Shown: piece after piece, positions 47,827 to 57,622 of the stretch | Layout: each line of letters starts with the position of its first letter | How positions within the stretch are numbered: the first letter of the stretch is position 1 | Assembly (NCBI GenBank): GCA_964605525.1 | Contig: CAZSCV010000005.1 | Coordinates: 39,256 to 103,255 of the forward strand | Origin: an uncultured Bdellovibrionales bacterium | GTDB taxonomy: Bacteria; Patescibacteriota; Minisyncoccia; Moranbacterales; UBA9337 | Length of the DNA: 64,000 nucleotides | Direction: 5' to 3' | Made by a program: the position numbers and the translations under genes | Notes under the pieces: model-generated | What the model was told of the DNA's origin: nothing | The model's input: only the letters and a program-made list of their open reading frames with translations | The model's database searches: none

Positions 47827-49200
47827 ATGAATGTATATATTATTGGAATTGAAGGTGCCGGGACTTCGGCTTTGGCGGAGATGTATGTTGATTTGGGGCA
47901 CAGTGTTTCCGGGTCTGATAATGGTGATCATTTTTATCAAGCGGCTCTCAAGAAAAAAAATGTTCCAGTTTTTTCTGAATATTTAGCGGAAAATATCCCG
48001 GATAAGATTGATTTGTTGGTTTTTTCCACCTCAATCAAAGAGGATAATCCGGAAATAGTTGAGGCGCGAAAAAGGGATTTGAGAATGCTTTCTTACCCGG
48101 AAGCCTTGGCGGAACTTTTCAATAGTAAAATCGGGATTGCTGTTTGCGGAACGCATGGAAAAACAACTACCACCGCGATGATAGCCCATATTTTGAATGA
48201 AATCGGAAAAGATCCGAGTGCTGTAGTGGGAAGCCGTGTTTTGAATTGGGGAGGGAATTCCATTTCCGGAGGAGGAGATTATTTCGTTATTGAAGCGGAT
48301 GAATATCAAAATAAATTGCAATATTACGAGCCATTTGCAGCTGTTCTTACAAGTATTGATTGGGATCATCCTGATTTTTATCCAACAGAGGCGTCTTATC
48401 GGCAGGCTTTTTCTGATTTTGTTTCCAAAGTGCCTAATCACGGATTTTTGGTTGTTTGTGGAGATGATTCGGCCGCAGGAAGCGTGGCACTTTCAGCTGT
48501 GTGCAAGATTTCGACGTACGGGTTCTTAGAAGGAAATGATTTTAGGATTATGGAACAAAAACCATGGGATGCAAAAAATAAAATGCGTAATTTTTCAATT
48601 ATTCATAAAAAGCAGACAGTAAGAGAATTTGAGATTGGATTGCCAGGAGATTACAATTTGCTTAATGCCGCGGCAGCTATTTCGGTTTGTTATCGGTTGA
48701 ATTTGGATATGAAAGAAGTAGCAGATGCTTTGCGCACTTTCAAGGGTACTGCTCGCAGATTTGAATATGTCGGAAAAAGAAACGATGCGATTTTAATTGA
48801 TGATTACGCGCATCATCCGGAAGAAGTTAAGGCCATGTTAAAATCTGCGCGCAGTTTGTATGAAAGGAAAAATATTATCGCACTTTTTCATCCGCATTCT
48901 TTTACTCGCACCGAAGCTCTTCTTGGTGATTTTGCGCAAAGTTTTGACAATGCCGACAAAGTTTTTGTTTTGGATATTTATGGTAGCGCTCGAGAGGAAA
49001 AAGGCAATGTGAGCTCGCAAAATTTGGTTGATCAAATTAATAGGTATTTTCCGGCAAAAGCTGAGCTAATCCCGACAATCCCCGAAGCGGTTGAATTTTT
49101 CAAAAATAAGCTTGCCAGTAAAGATATTCTGATTTCCATCGGTGCCGGAGATGTTTGGAAAGTGACGCATGAATTGGCCGGAAAAATAAAAAATAAATGA
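47827..49200 (+). CDS. murC: UDP-N-acetylmuramate--L-alanine ligase
   Basis: IGIEGAGTSALAEMY...GSD and VCGTHGKTTTTAM. Confidence 0.9.
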   Translation: MNVYIIGIEGAGTSALAEMYVDLGHSVSGSDNGDHFYQAALKKKNVPVFSEYLAENIPDKIDLLVFSTSIKEDNPEIVEARKRDLRMLSYPEALAELFNSKIGIAVCGTHGKTTTTAMIAHILNEIGKDPSAVVGSRVLNWGGNSISGGGDYFVIEADEYQNKLQYYEPFAAVLTSIDWDHPDFYPTEASYRQAFSDFVSKVPNHGFLVVCGDDSAAGSVALSAVCKISTYGFLEGNDFRIMEQKPWDAKNKMRNFSIIHKKQTVREFEIGLPGDYNLLNAAAAISVCYRLNLDMKEVADALRTFKGTARRFEYVGKRNDAILIDDYAHHPEEVKAMLKSARSLYERKNIIALFHPHSFTRTEALLGDFAQSFDNADKVFVLDIYGSAREEKGNVSSQNLVDQINRYFPAKAELIPTIPEAVEFFKNKLASKDILISIGAGDVWKVTHELAGKIKNK

Positions 49201-49481
49201 GTAAATTATTCCTTTTTTTGACAGTATTTTTTTTGACAGTTAATTTACTGGCTTTTTTGGTGATGCTTTTGGATAAGGTTAAGTCGAAAAAGCCGGGAGC
49301 GGAGAGAATTTCAGAAGGGATGCTATTTTTTTTGGCGACAGTTTTTGGAAGCGTCGGAGTTTATGCCGGAATGTTCGTCTTTCGCCACAAAAGTCGAAAA
49401 TGGTATTTTTTGATCGGCATTCCACTACTGATTCTCCAAAACTGCGCATCCTTGTATTTTTTTTATATTTTTTATAAATAA
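49197..49481 (+). CDS. DUF1294-family small membrane protein
   Basis: FRHKSRKWYF and GSVGVYAGM motif region. ATGA overlap with murC. Confidence 0.55.
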   Translation: MSKLFLFLTVFFLTVNLLAFLVMLLDKVKSKKPGAERISEGMLFFLATVFGSVGVYAGMFVFRHKSRKWYFLIGIPLLILQNCASLYFFYIFYK

Positions 49482-49524
49482 AAGTGCGATCGAATAGCTC
49501 TTTTTTGTGGTATAATAAAAACAG

Positions 49525-50508
49525 ATGGCTATTGAAATTCAAAAAGATGTGCTTTTGGCACCATATACTACTTTTAAAATCGGCGGACCGGCGAGGTTTT
49601 TTGTCGAGGTGGAGAATGAAAAAGAATTGATTGAAGCTTTGGAATATGCCAAGAAAAACAATTTTGAGTATTTTATTTTGGGAGGAGGATCAAATATTTT
49701 GATTAGCGACAAAGGATTTGATGGGATGGTGATTAGGTTGCAAAATACAAAATATGAAATATCCGCCAATGGCGGATTGGCACCTGGTTTACAAGATGCG
49801 GATATTGAGTGCGGAGCGGGCGCGTTGCTTTCCGCTATTGTTTCTGAATCTGTGAAAAATGGATTGACCGGACTAGAATGGGCAGCGGGAATTCCCGGAA
49901 CAATCGGCGGAGCGGTGCGAGGGAATGCCGGAGCGTTTAATGGAGAAATGGTGCAAAGTGTTGTTTCGGTGAGAGCAATAAACACCCTTGATTCAAGAGT
50001 GGAAATTATTAAATTGACGAATGAAGATTGTCATTTTAAATATCGAAGCAGTATTTTCAAAGAAAATAAGGGGTGGATAATAATCTCAGTTAATCTGAAA
50101 TTAACAAAAGAAATAAACGCCGGAGAGAGTAGTAATAGAGTGAAAGAGATTATCCAAAAGAGAACTGGATCTAGCCCAAAATTTCCGAGCGCTGGAAGTA
50201 TATTCAAAAATTGTATAACATTTGATGAGCTAAAAGCACATAATAAAGAATTAGCCGATTATATTGTTCAAGAGGGAATCGTAAACAGAATGGGGAATGT
50301 CGGCACTGGTTTTTTGATTGAATATTTAGATTTAAAAGGGAAAAAAATTGGTGGAGCGGAAGTGAGTACTGTACATGGAAATTTTATAATCAATAATGGG
50401 AATGCCACTGCGGAGGATGTTATAATGTTAATAAATTTTATTAAGCAACAGGTTCGAACAAAATTAGGTATTCAGCTTCAGGAAGAGGTTCAACTGGTGG
50501 GATTTTAA
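49525..50508 (+). CDS. murB: UDP-N-acetylenolpyruvoylglucosamine reductase
   Basis: FAD-binding PYTTFKIGGPARFF...ILGGGSNIL. Confidence 0.85.
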   Translation: MAIEIQKDVLLAPYTTFKIGGPARFFVEVENEKELIEALEYAKKNNFEYFILGGGSNILISDKGFDGMVIRLQNTKYEISANGGLAPGLQDADIECGAGALLSAIVSESVKNGLTGLEWAAGIPGTIGGAVRGNAGAFNGEMVQSVVSVRAINTLDSRVEIIKLTNEDCHFKYRSSIFKENKGWIIISVNLKLTKEINAGESSNRVKEIIQKRTGSSPKFPSAGSIFKNCITFDELKAHNKELADYIVQEGIVNRMGNVGTGFLIEYLDLKGKKIGGAEVSTVHGNFIINNGNATAEDVIMLINFIKQQVRTKLGIQLQEEVQLVGF

Positions 50509-50526
50509 TAATTAATAAAAATCAAT

Positions 50527-50901
50527 ATGGAAAACATGAGAATCATGCTCAAAGGGTTGACAATTGATGACAGAACAAGAGAGTATGTTGAAAAGCGAAT
50601 TGTTTCGATTAAAAAATTATTAAAAAAATACGATAGCAAAGAGGGAGATACATTGAAATTCGAAGTAGAAATTGATTTGGACAAAAAAGGAAAATTTCGA
50701 GTGGAAGTGATGGTGAAAACTCCGCGCAATTTGTATCGCGCCGAAGATATTACGGAATCGATTGAAGGTTCTGTTGATTTGGTTGAAGACCAGCTCAAAA
50801 AGCAAATCATTCGAAAAAAAGATGAGATCAGGACAAGAATTGTCCGAGGCGCTCGCTCACTGAAAAAGAAAATGTCAATTGATGAAGACGCAAGATTTTG
50901 A
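50527..50901 (+). CDS. hpf: ribosome hibernation-promoting factor / RaiA family
   Basis: GLTIDDRTREYVEKRI...KFEVEI...FRVEVMV pattern. Confidence 0.75.
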   Translation: MENMRIMLKGLTIDDRTREYVEKRIVSIKKLLKKYDSKEGDTLKFEVEIDLDKKGKFRVEVMVKTPRNLYRAEDITESIEGSVDLVEDQLKKQIIRKKDEIRTRIVRGARSLKKKMSIDEDARF

Positions 50902-51005
50902 TTTTAACAGCGTAAATAGAACTAAAAATCCTTCTTTGACGGAGGGATTTTTAATTGATATACTGGATAATGCTTGAAATTATCCAAAGATATTATATTT
51001 AAAAT

Positions 51006-53699
51006 ATGATTAAAATTTTCAAAAAAATATTCGGTTCAAATGAGCGGGAAATAAAAAAACTTCAACCGATTGTGGATAAGATAAATTTCTTAGATGAAGA
51101 AATTTCCAAACTTTCCGATGAAGATTTGAAGGGAAAAACGCAAGAATTTAAAAAAAGAATAAAGGATGCGGAAGATGAGAAAAAGGCGTTGGATGAAATT
51201 CTTCCTGAGGTTTTTGCGGTTGTGCGCGAAGCGGCGCATCGGGTGATTGGAGAAAAACATTACGATGTGCAATTAATCGGAGGATTGATTTTGCATCAAG
51301 GAAAAATTGCGGAAATGAAAACGGGGGAGGGAAAAACCCTGACTTCGACTTTGCCGATTTATCTTAATGCACTTTCCGGAAAAGGCGTGCACGTGGTTAC
51401 GGTCAATGATTATTTGGCAAAAAGAGATTGTAATTGGATGGGTTCTATTTTTAATTTTCTCAATCTTTCAACGGCTTGCATTATGCACGACGCCTCATAC
51501 CAGTATCGGCCGAAATTGATTGATGAAAATGAGGTGAGTGTAGAGATGGAAAATCTTTCTCCTGTTTCCCGCAAAGAAGCGTATAGTTGCGATATTACAT
51601 ATGGAACAAACAACGAATTCGGTTTTGATTTTTTGCGCGATAATATGGCGCACAGTTTGGAACAATATTCCCAGCGCGGATTTAATTATGTAATCGTTGA
51701 CGAAGTGGATTCAATTTTAATTGATGAGGCGCGGACCCCTTTGATTATTTCCGCTCCGGATACGGAATCCACCAAGCAATATGTGCAATTTGCAAAAATC
51801 GTACCTCAATTGAAAATGACGGAAGATTTTGAAGTGGATGAAAAAATGCGCTCTGTTACACTCACAGACAAAGGAATTTCCAAAGTGGAAAAACTTTTAG
51901 GAGTGGGAAATATTTATGAACCCGGAAAAATTAGCTATGTCCATCATTTGGAACAATCTTTGAAGGCGGAAATTCTTTTTAAGAAGGAAAAGGATTATAT
52001 TGTTAAGGATGGAAAGGTGGTGATCGTGGATGATTTCACTGGACGTTTGATGGAAGGGCGCCGGTATAGCGAAGGGTTGCATCAGGCGATTGAAGCGAAG
52101 GAGGGAGTTGCTGTTCAGAGAGAATCAAAGACATTGGCAACCATTACGTTTCAAAATTATTTCAGGATGTATGAAAAAATATCCGGTATGACCGGGACAG
52201 CAATTACGAGTGCGGAAGAATTTGCAAAAGTATATAAGCTGGATGTTGTGGATGTCCCGACCAATGTTTTGGCGCAAAGGAAAGATCTGCCAGACATTGT
52301 GTATAAAACTGAAGAAGGAAAATTCAAAGCTATTGTTGAAAAAATAAAAAAAATAAACGAGGCCGGACAACCGATTTTGGTTGGTACCGTGGCGATTGAA
52401 AAATCGGAATATTTAAGCGAGCTTTTGGAGCGGGATGGAGTTAGGCATGAAGTTCTTAATGCTAAACAGCATGAAAAAGAGGCGCAAATTATTTCTAACG
52501 CCGGACAGAAAGGATCAGTTACGATTGCTACTAATATGGCGGGGCGCGGAACTGATATTAAACTCGGAGAAGGCGTAAAAGGGTTGGGCGGATTGTATAT
52601 TATAGGAACGGAACGCCATGAAGCGAGAAGAATCGATAACCAGCTTCGCGGACGCTCCGGACGACAAGGAGATCCCGGGGTGTCGCAATTTTATGTTTCG
52701 CTTGAAGATGAACTGATGCGCCGTTTTGGAGGAGACCGGATGAAAAATATGATGAATACATTGGGCCTTCCGGACGATCAGCCGATTCAAAATAAAATTA
52801 TTTCAAAAACAATTGAAAATGCCCAATCAAAAATTGAAGGGTTTAATTTTGATATTCGCAAGCACGTTTTGGAATATGATGATGTGATGAATAAACAGCG
52901 GGAAGTTATTTATCGGAATCGAAGAAAAATTCTGGAAACAAAAAATGCTCGAAATGAAATATTTCAATATATTTCCGAAGAATTGGAGGCGATCGTTTCA
53001 TCTCGTTGCGGAACGGAAGAATGCAATTGGGATATAAAAACTATCATAACGGATATAGGAGGAATTTTTTCTTTGTCGGATGACAATAAAAAACAGCTTC
53101 AGGTAATCAGCAATGACAGGGGATTGGACGGAGCAACTCAAGCTAGTAAAATACTGGATTATTTAATGGGGATTGCCAAGCAAGCCTATGCAAAGAAGGA
53201 GGAAGAAATCGGAGAGGAAAATATGCGAAAAGTGGAAAAAATGATTATTTTGCAATCAATGGATACTCTCTGGATGAATCATTTGGATCAGATTGATTAT
53301 TTACGCCAGGGAATCGGACTTCGCGGTTATGGACAGCGCGATCCATTGATTGAGTACAAAAAAGAAGCGTATGATCTTTTCTCTACCTTAATTCGAAGTA
53401 TTCACTCAACGATTGTAAATACTATTTTCAAAATAACTCTTGCGCGCCCATTGGAGCAGATTTCGACTGAAGAAAAAAAGGAGAATTGGAAATTGCAAGG
53501 AGCTGATGATCAGATCGAGCAGTTTAAATCTGTCAAAAATCCGCAAGCATTCGCTTCCGGAGGATCGTCGCATGATGAAATTCCAAAACAGAAACCCATA
53601 AAGGTTGCCAAGCTTCCAGGAAGAAATGATCCTTGCCCATGCGGAGCAACAAAAGAAGACGGGACTCCGAAAAAATTCAAGAATTGCTGCGGAAAATAA
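51006..53699 (+). CDS. secA: preprotein translocase ATPase SecA with a C-terminal zinc finger
   Basis: KTGEGKTLTSTLPIYLNAL...VTVNDYLAKRD and C-terminal CPCGATKEDGTPKKFKNCCG. Confidence 0.95.
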   Translation: MIKIFKKIFGSNEREIKKLQPIVDKINFLDEEISKLSDEDLKGKTQEFKKRIKDAEDEKKALDEILPEVFAVVREAAHRVIGEKHYDVQLIGGLILHQGKIAEMKTGEGKTLTSTLPIYLNALSGKGVHVVTVNDYLAKRDCNWMGSIFNFLNLSTACIMHDASYQYRPKLIDENEVSVEMENLSPVSRKEAYSCDITYGTNNEFGFDFLRDNMAHSLEQYSQRGFNYVIVDEVDSILIDEARTPLIISAPDTESTKQYVQFAKIVPQLKMTEDFEVDEKMRSVTLTDKGISKVEKLLGVGNIYEPGKISYVHHLEQSLKAEILFKKEKDYIVKDGKVVIVDDFTGRLMEGRRYSEGLHQAIEAKEGVAVQRESKTLATITFQNYFRMYEKISGMTGTAITSAEEFAKVYKLDVVDVPTNVLAQRKDLPDIVYKTEEGKFKAIVEKIKKINEAGQPILVGTVAIEKSEYLSELLERDGVRHEVLNAKQHEKEAQIISNAGQKGSVTIATNMAGRGTDIKLGEGVKGLGGLYIIGTERHEARRIDNQLRGRSGRQGDPGVSQFYVSLEDELMRRFGGDRMKNMMNTLGLPDDQPIQNKIISKTIENAQSKIEGFNFDIRKHVLEYDDVMNKQREVIYRNRRKILETKNARNEIFQYISEELEAIVSSRCGTEECNWDIKTIITDIGGIFSLSDDNKKQLQVISNDRGLDGATQASKILDYLMGIAKQAYAKKEEEIGEENMRKVEKMIILQSMDTLWMNHLDQIDYLRQGIGLRGYGQRDPLIEYKKEAYDLFSTLIRSIHSTIVNTIFKITLARPLEQISTEEKKENWKLQGADDQIEQFKSVKNPQAFASGGSSHDEIPKQKPIKVAKLPGRNDPCPCGATKEDGTPKKFKNCCGK

Positions 53700-53759
53700 A
53701 ATATTTCGGATGTTCTTGTGGGTAAAAAATCCAAAAACAGAATCAATAATAAATACAAA

Positions 53760-54221
53760 ATGATAACTTTTGAAGAATCTTCCGGTGCAGTGGTATTCCG
53801 GCGCGAAGAAGGAAAAATAAAATATCTGCTTTTGCAATATCGAAACAAGCACTGGAGTTTTCCGAAGGGTCATATTGAAAGCGGTGAATCTTTGCTCGAA
53901 ACAGTCAGAAGAGAAACAAAAGAGGAAACCGGAATTGATGATTTGGAAATATGCCCCGGCTTTTCCAGGCGTATTTATTTTTATTACAAAGCAGTCGGAT
54001 CAGAAAGGGAAGAGAGGATTAAATCAAAAAGAAGCATACGAATATTTAAGCGGGTAACTTTCTTTTTGGGAAAAACCGCAAAAGAGAAGGTTGTTTTGTC
54101 TGATGAGCAAATTGATTTTGCATGGCTAGAATTTGATAAGGCCTTCGAAAGGACGACGTATTCCAAAGACCGTTCGGTTCTTGTCGCGGCAAGTCAATAC
54201 TTGAAAAATGCCGAGATTTAG
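53760..54221 (+). CDS. NUDIX hydrolase
   Basis: Nudix box GHIESGESLLETVRRETKEETGI. Start set at MITFEE. Confidence 0.8.
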   Translation: MITFEESSGAVVFRREEGKIKYLLLQYRNKHWSFPKGHIESGESLLETVRRETKEETGIDDLEICPGFSRRIYFYYKAVGSEREERIKSKRSIRIFKRVTFFLGKTAKEKVVLSDEQIDFAWLEFDKAFERTTYSKDRSVLVAASQYLKNAEI

Positions 54222-54239
54222 TTTATACTCAAAAAAGAT

Positions 54240-55991
54240 ATGAACTCAATAAAAAAGACAAGAATAAAATTTGCATCGGTTATTGTCCTGGCTTTGCTGG
54301 CGGGAATTGTTTCCTATCCGCAATCAATAAAATTCATTCCTCCGGCATATAATGCCGTCAATAAATTGAAAATAAATTTAGGGCTGGATTTGCAAGGAGG
54401 AATACATTTGGAATATAAAGCTGACTTGAGCAAAATAGACAGCGCAAAAGTGGAAGAATCAATGCAGGCAGTGCAGGATGTTATTGAGAGAAGAGTCAAC
54501 GCTTTTGGAGTGGCGGAGCCGGTAATATACACCACTGAATCCGGATCAGAGCACAGGCTGGTTGTGGAATTGGCCGGAGTAAGGGATATCAATCAGGCAA
54601 AAAATTTAATCAAAGAAACGCCTTTTTTGGAATTTAAAAAAGAAGCCGACCTGAGTGATCCAGAAATCAAAACAGTTATTGATCAATTGAATGAAGAATC
54701 GAAATCCCAGGCTGATGATATTTTGATTCAGGCACTTTCTGAGAATAGTAATTTTGAAGAATTGGCAAAACAATACAGTCAAGATCCGGGATCAAAAAAT
54801 ACTGGGGGCGATTTGGGATTTGTTAAAAAAGGCGAGTTAGTCGGAGAATTTGATGCGATACTTTTTAATAATGATTTTAAAGACGGACAAATATATCCAA
54901 AGTTAATTGAAACTCAATATGGATGGCATATCATTAAAAAAATGGAAGCTCGCGGAGAAGAAGATAATATGGAGGTACGGTCGGAACACATTCTTTTTAT
55001 AAAAGCGACAGTTGATATGCTTCCGAGCTTGAAATATAAATCGACTGGTCTTACGGGGAAAAATTTAAAAAGTGCGGCTGTTGAATTTGCAAGCCAGGGT
55101 CTTTCGGAACCACAAGTAGCGTTGAAATTTGACGATGAAGGTACGAAAATTTTTGCCGAGCTGACGAAGGAAAATATTGGAAAAACCATCGCTATTTATC
55201 TTGACGGATTGCCCATCGTTGATACGAATGGGGATGGAATAATTGATAATAACGACGCTCCATATGCGCCGGTAATACAATCGGAAATTACCGACGGACA
55301 AGCGGTAATTTCAGGGAATTTCACATTGGATGAAGCGAAAAATCTTGTCGGGAGATTGAATGAAGGCGCATTGCCCGTGCCGATTAACTTGGTTAGCCAA
55401 GAGAGTGTTGATGCATCGCTGGGAGAACAGTCATTGTCCGCCAGTTTGAAAGCCGGATATATCGGACTTGGATTGGTGGTTATTTTCATGCTTTTGTATT
55501 ACAGATTTTTGGGTCTTATTGCTTCTGTAGCGCTGCTAATCTATTCCGGACTTATGGTTTCTATTTTTAAATTATCCGGACTCACACCTTGGCAAATAAC
55601 TTTGACATTGCCGGGTATTGCTGGTTTCATCTTGTCTATCGGTATGGCAGTGGATGCGAATATTTTGATTTTCGAAAGAACCAAAGAAGAAATCCGCCGA
55701 GGAAGAACCATTCTTGGAGCTTTGGACGAAGGCTTCAAAAGGGCTTGGACATCTATTCGGGATGGAAATTTTTCATCAATCATTACTTCATTTATTTTGA
55801 TTGAATTGGGAACTGGATTTGTTAAGGGGTTTGCTGTAACTTTGATTGTCGGAGTCCTACTCTCAATGTTTACCGCGGTTACGGTTTCCCGAACATTGTT
55901 AAATTTTATCTTAGGTGAATGGATTTCAGATAAATTGTGGCTGGTGGGAATAAAGAAAAGTGAAATTTCAAATATTAATAAAAAATCGTAA
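54240..55991 (+). CDS. secD: protein translocase subunit SecD with an embedded parvulin (PpiC-type) PPIase domain
   Basis: SecD hallmarks: LGLDLQGGIHLEY, TIAIYLDGLPIV and a C-terminal 6-TM bundle. Embedded segment FEELAKQYSQDPGSKNTGGDLGFVKKGELVGEFDAILF...TQYGWHIIKK matches the parvulin core. Confidence 0.85.
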   Translation: MNSIKKTRIKFASVIVLALLAGIVSYPQSIKFIPPAYNAVNKLKINLGLDLQGGIHLEYKADLSKIDSAKVEESMQAVQDVIERRVNAFGVAEPVIYTTESGSEHRLVVELAGVRDINQAKNLIKETPFLEFKKEADLSDPEIKTVIDQLNEESKSQADDILIQALSENSNFEELAKQYSQDPGSKNTGGDLGFVKKGELVGEFDAILFNNDFKDGQIYPKLIETQYGWHIIKKMEARGEEDNMEVRSEHILFIKATVDMLPSLKYKSTGLTGKNLKSAAVEFASQGLSEPQVALKFDDEGTKIFAELTKENIGKTIAIYLDGLPIVDTNGDGIIDNNDAPYAPVIQSEITDGQAVISGNFTLDEAKNLVGRLNEGALPVPINLVSQESVDASLGEQSLSASLKAGYIGLGLVVIFMLLYYRFLGLIASVALLIYSGLMVSIFKLSGLTPWQITLTLPGIAGFILSIGMAVDANILIFERTKEEIRRGRTILGALDEGFKRAWTSIRDGNFSSIITSFILIELGTGFVKGFAVTLIVGVLLSMFTAVTVSRTLLNFILGEWISDKLWLVGIKKSEISNINKKS

Positions 55992-56003
55992 AACAGTTAT
56001 TAC

Positions 56004-56897
56004 ATGCTTAATATCATTTCAAAAACTAAATACGCATATATTTTCTCCATTATTTTATCGATTCTGAGTATTCTGAGTATTTCTTTGTGGGGTTTGAAAT
56101 TCGGTATTGATTTTACTGGCGGAACGGTGATGGAAATAAATTTTTCCCAAAATATTCCAACAAATGAAGATGCGACCGGCATCTTGGGCGATTTGAATTT
56201 AGGCAGTCTTACTATTCAAAAGAAAGGAGATAGTTCATTACTTGTGAGCTATGCTTCAGTTGACGATAGTGTCAATCAATCGGTGTGGGAAAAAATTAAC
56301 GGAAAATATCCGGAATCGACGCAAGTAAAGGTGGATTATCGCGATTCTTCCATTTCAAATGAGTTGAAAACTAATTCCTTGTGGGCGCTTTTTTGGGCGG
56401 CATTGGGTATTATGGCATTTATTGCTTTTGCTTTTCGAAAAGTTTCCCGTCCGGTTCAATCCTGGAAATATGGCGCTGGTGCGGTTGTCGCTTTGATTCA
56501 TGATGTATTAATTACAGTTGGGGCGTTTTCAATTCTGGGACATTTTGCGGGCATTGAAGTGGGGATTCCTTTTATTGCGGCACTGTTGACTATTTTAGGA
56601 TTTTCCGTTCATGATACTATCGTGGTTTATGACAGGACTCGTGAAAATTTGCTGAAAAGATTAGACAAGGAATCTTTTCCGGAAGTGGTTAACCGCAGTT
56701 TGAATGAAACGTTAGTGAGATCCATTAATACTTCGCTTACTGTGATTATAACACTGCTGGCAATTTATATTTTCGGAGGAGAAACTATTCAAAATTTCGC
56801 ATTGGCACTTTTGATTGGTGTTTCCTTTGGAACATATTCTTCAATTTTTATCGCGTCTGCTTTGCTGGTAACGAGTTATAATCGAATAAAAAAATAA
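56004..56897 (+). CDS. secF: protein translocase subunit SecF
   Basis: GIDFTGGTVMEINF and a conserved C-terminal TM region. Confidence 0.9.
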   Translation: MLNIISKTKYAYIFSIILSILSILSISLWGLKFGIDFTGGTVMEINFSQNIPTNEDATGILGDLNLGSLTIQKKGDSSLLVSYASVDDSVNQSVWEKINGKYPESTQVKVDYRDSSISNELKTNSLWALFWAALGIMAFIAFAFRKVSRPVQSWKYGAGAVVALIHDVLITVGAFSILGHFAGIEVGIPFIAALLTILGFSVHDTIVVYDRTRENLLKRLDKESFPEVVNRSLNETLVRSINTSLTVIITLLAIYIFGGETIQNFALALLIGVSFGTYSSIFIASALLVTSYNRIKK

Positions 56898-56908
56898 AAA
56901 ATATTCCA

Positions 56909-57607
56909 ATGGAAAAAAAAGAGAGAAAAACGGTTGTGATTTCATTAGGTGGATCGTTGGTTGTTCCGGAAGAAGTGGATACTGTTTTTGTTCGTGATTT
57001 CAAAAAAATGGTCGAAAGTCGATTGTGTGATTTTCGTTTTATTCTTGTTGTCGGAGGAGGAAAATTGGCGCGAAATTATATTATGGCAGCCGACAAAGTC
57101 GGAGAAATTACTAATGAAGATAAGGACTGGATTGGAATTCATGCCACTCGGATGAACGCACATTTTATCCGAACCGTTTTTCACAAGAATGCTTACAAAA
57201 AAATTATCACCAATGAGGAAAAAATTGAAGAATGTTTGGGATCAGACGCGCCAGTAGTCATTGCTTCCGGTTGGCGTCCGGGAAATTCCACAGACTTTAT
57301 CGCAGTAAGCTTGGCAAAACATCTTGGAATCAAGAATGTTATCAATCTTTCAAATATCAGTTATGTATATGACAAAGATCCGGGAAAATATTTCACGGCG
57401 CAAAAAATAAAAAATATTTCCTGGAATGATTTTCGAAAAATGTTTCAGCAGGAATGGAGCCCGGGACTCAATACTCCTTTTGATCCGGTTGCCGCACAAA
57501 TGGCGGAAAAGGAAGGTTTCCAAATTGCAATTATGCATGGTAAGGATTTGGAAAATTTAAAAAAATATCTAGACGGAAAAGAGTTTGAAGGAACCGTAAT
57601 TGGATAA
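56909..57607 (+). CDS. pyrH: UMP kinase, archaeal-type
   Basis: VISLGGSLV, VVGGGKLARNYI, GIHATRMNA. The ~230-aa length matches the archaeal subfamily. Confidence 0.8.
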   Translation: MEKKERKTVVISLGGSLVVPEEVDTVFVRDFKKMVESRLCDFRFILVVGGGKLARNYIMAADKVGEITNEDKDWIGIHATRMNAHFIRTVFHKNAYKKIITNEEKIEECLGSDAPVVIASGWRPGNSTDFIAVSLAKHLGIKNVINLSNISYVYDKDPGKYFTAQKIKNISWNDFRKMFQQEWSPGLNTPFDPVAAQMAEKEGFQIAIMHGKDLENLKKYLDGKEFEGTVIG

Positions 57608-57622
57608 AAATAAAACCCCGGA

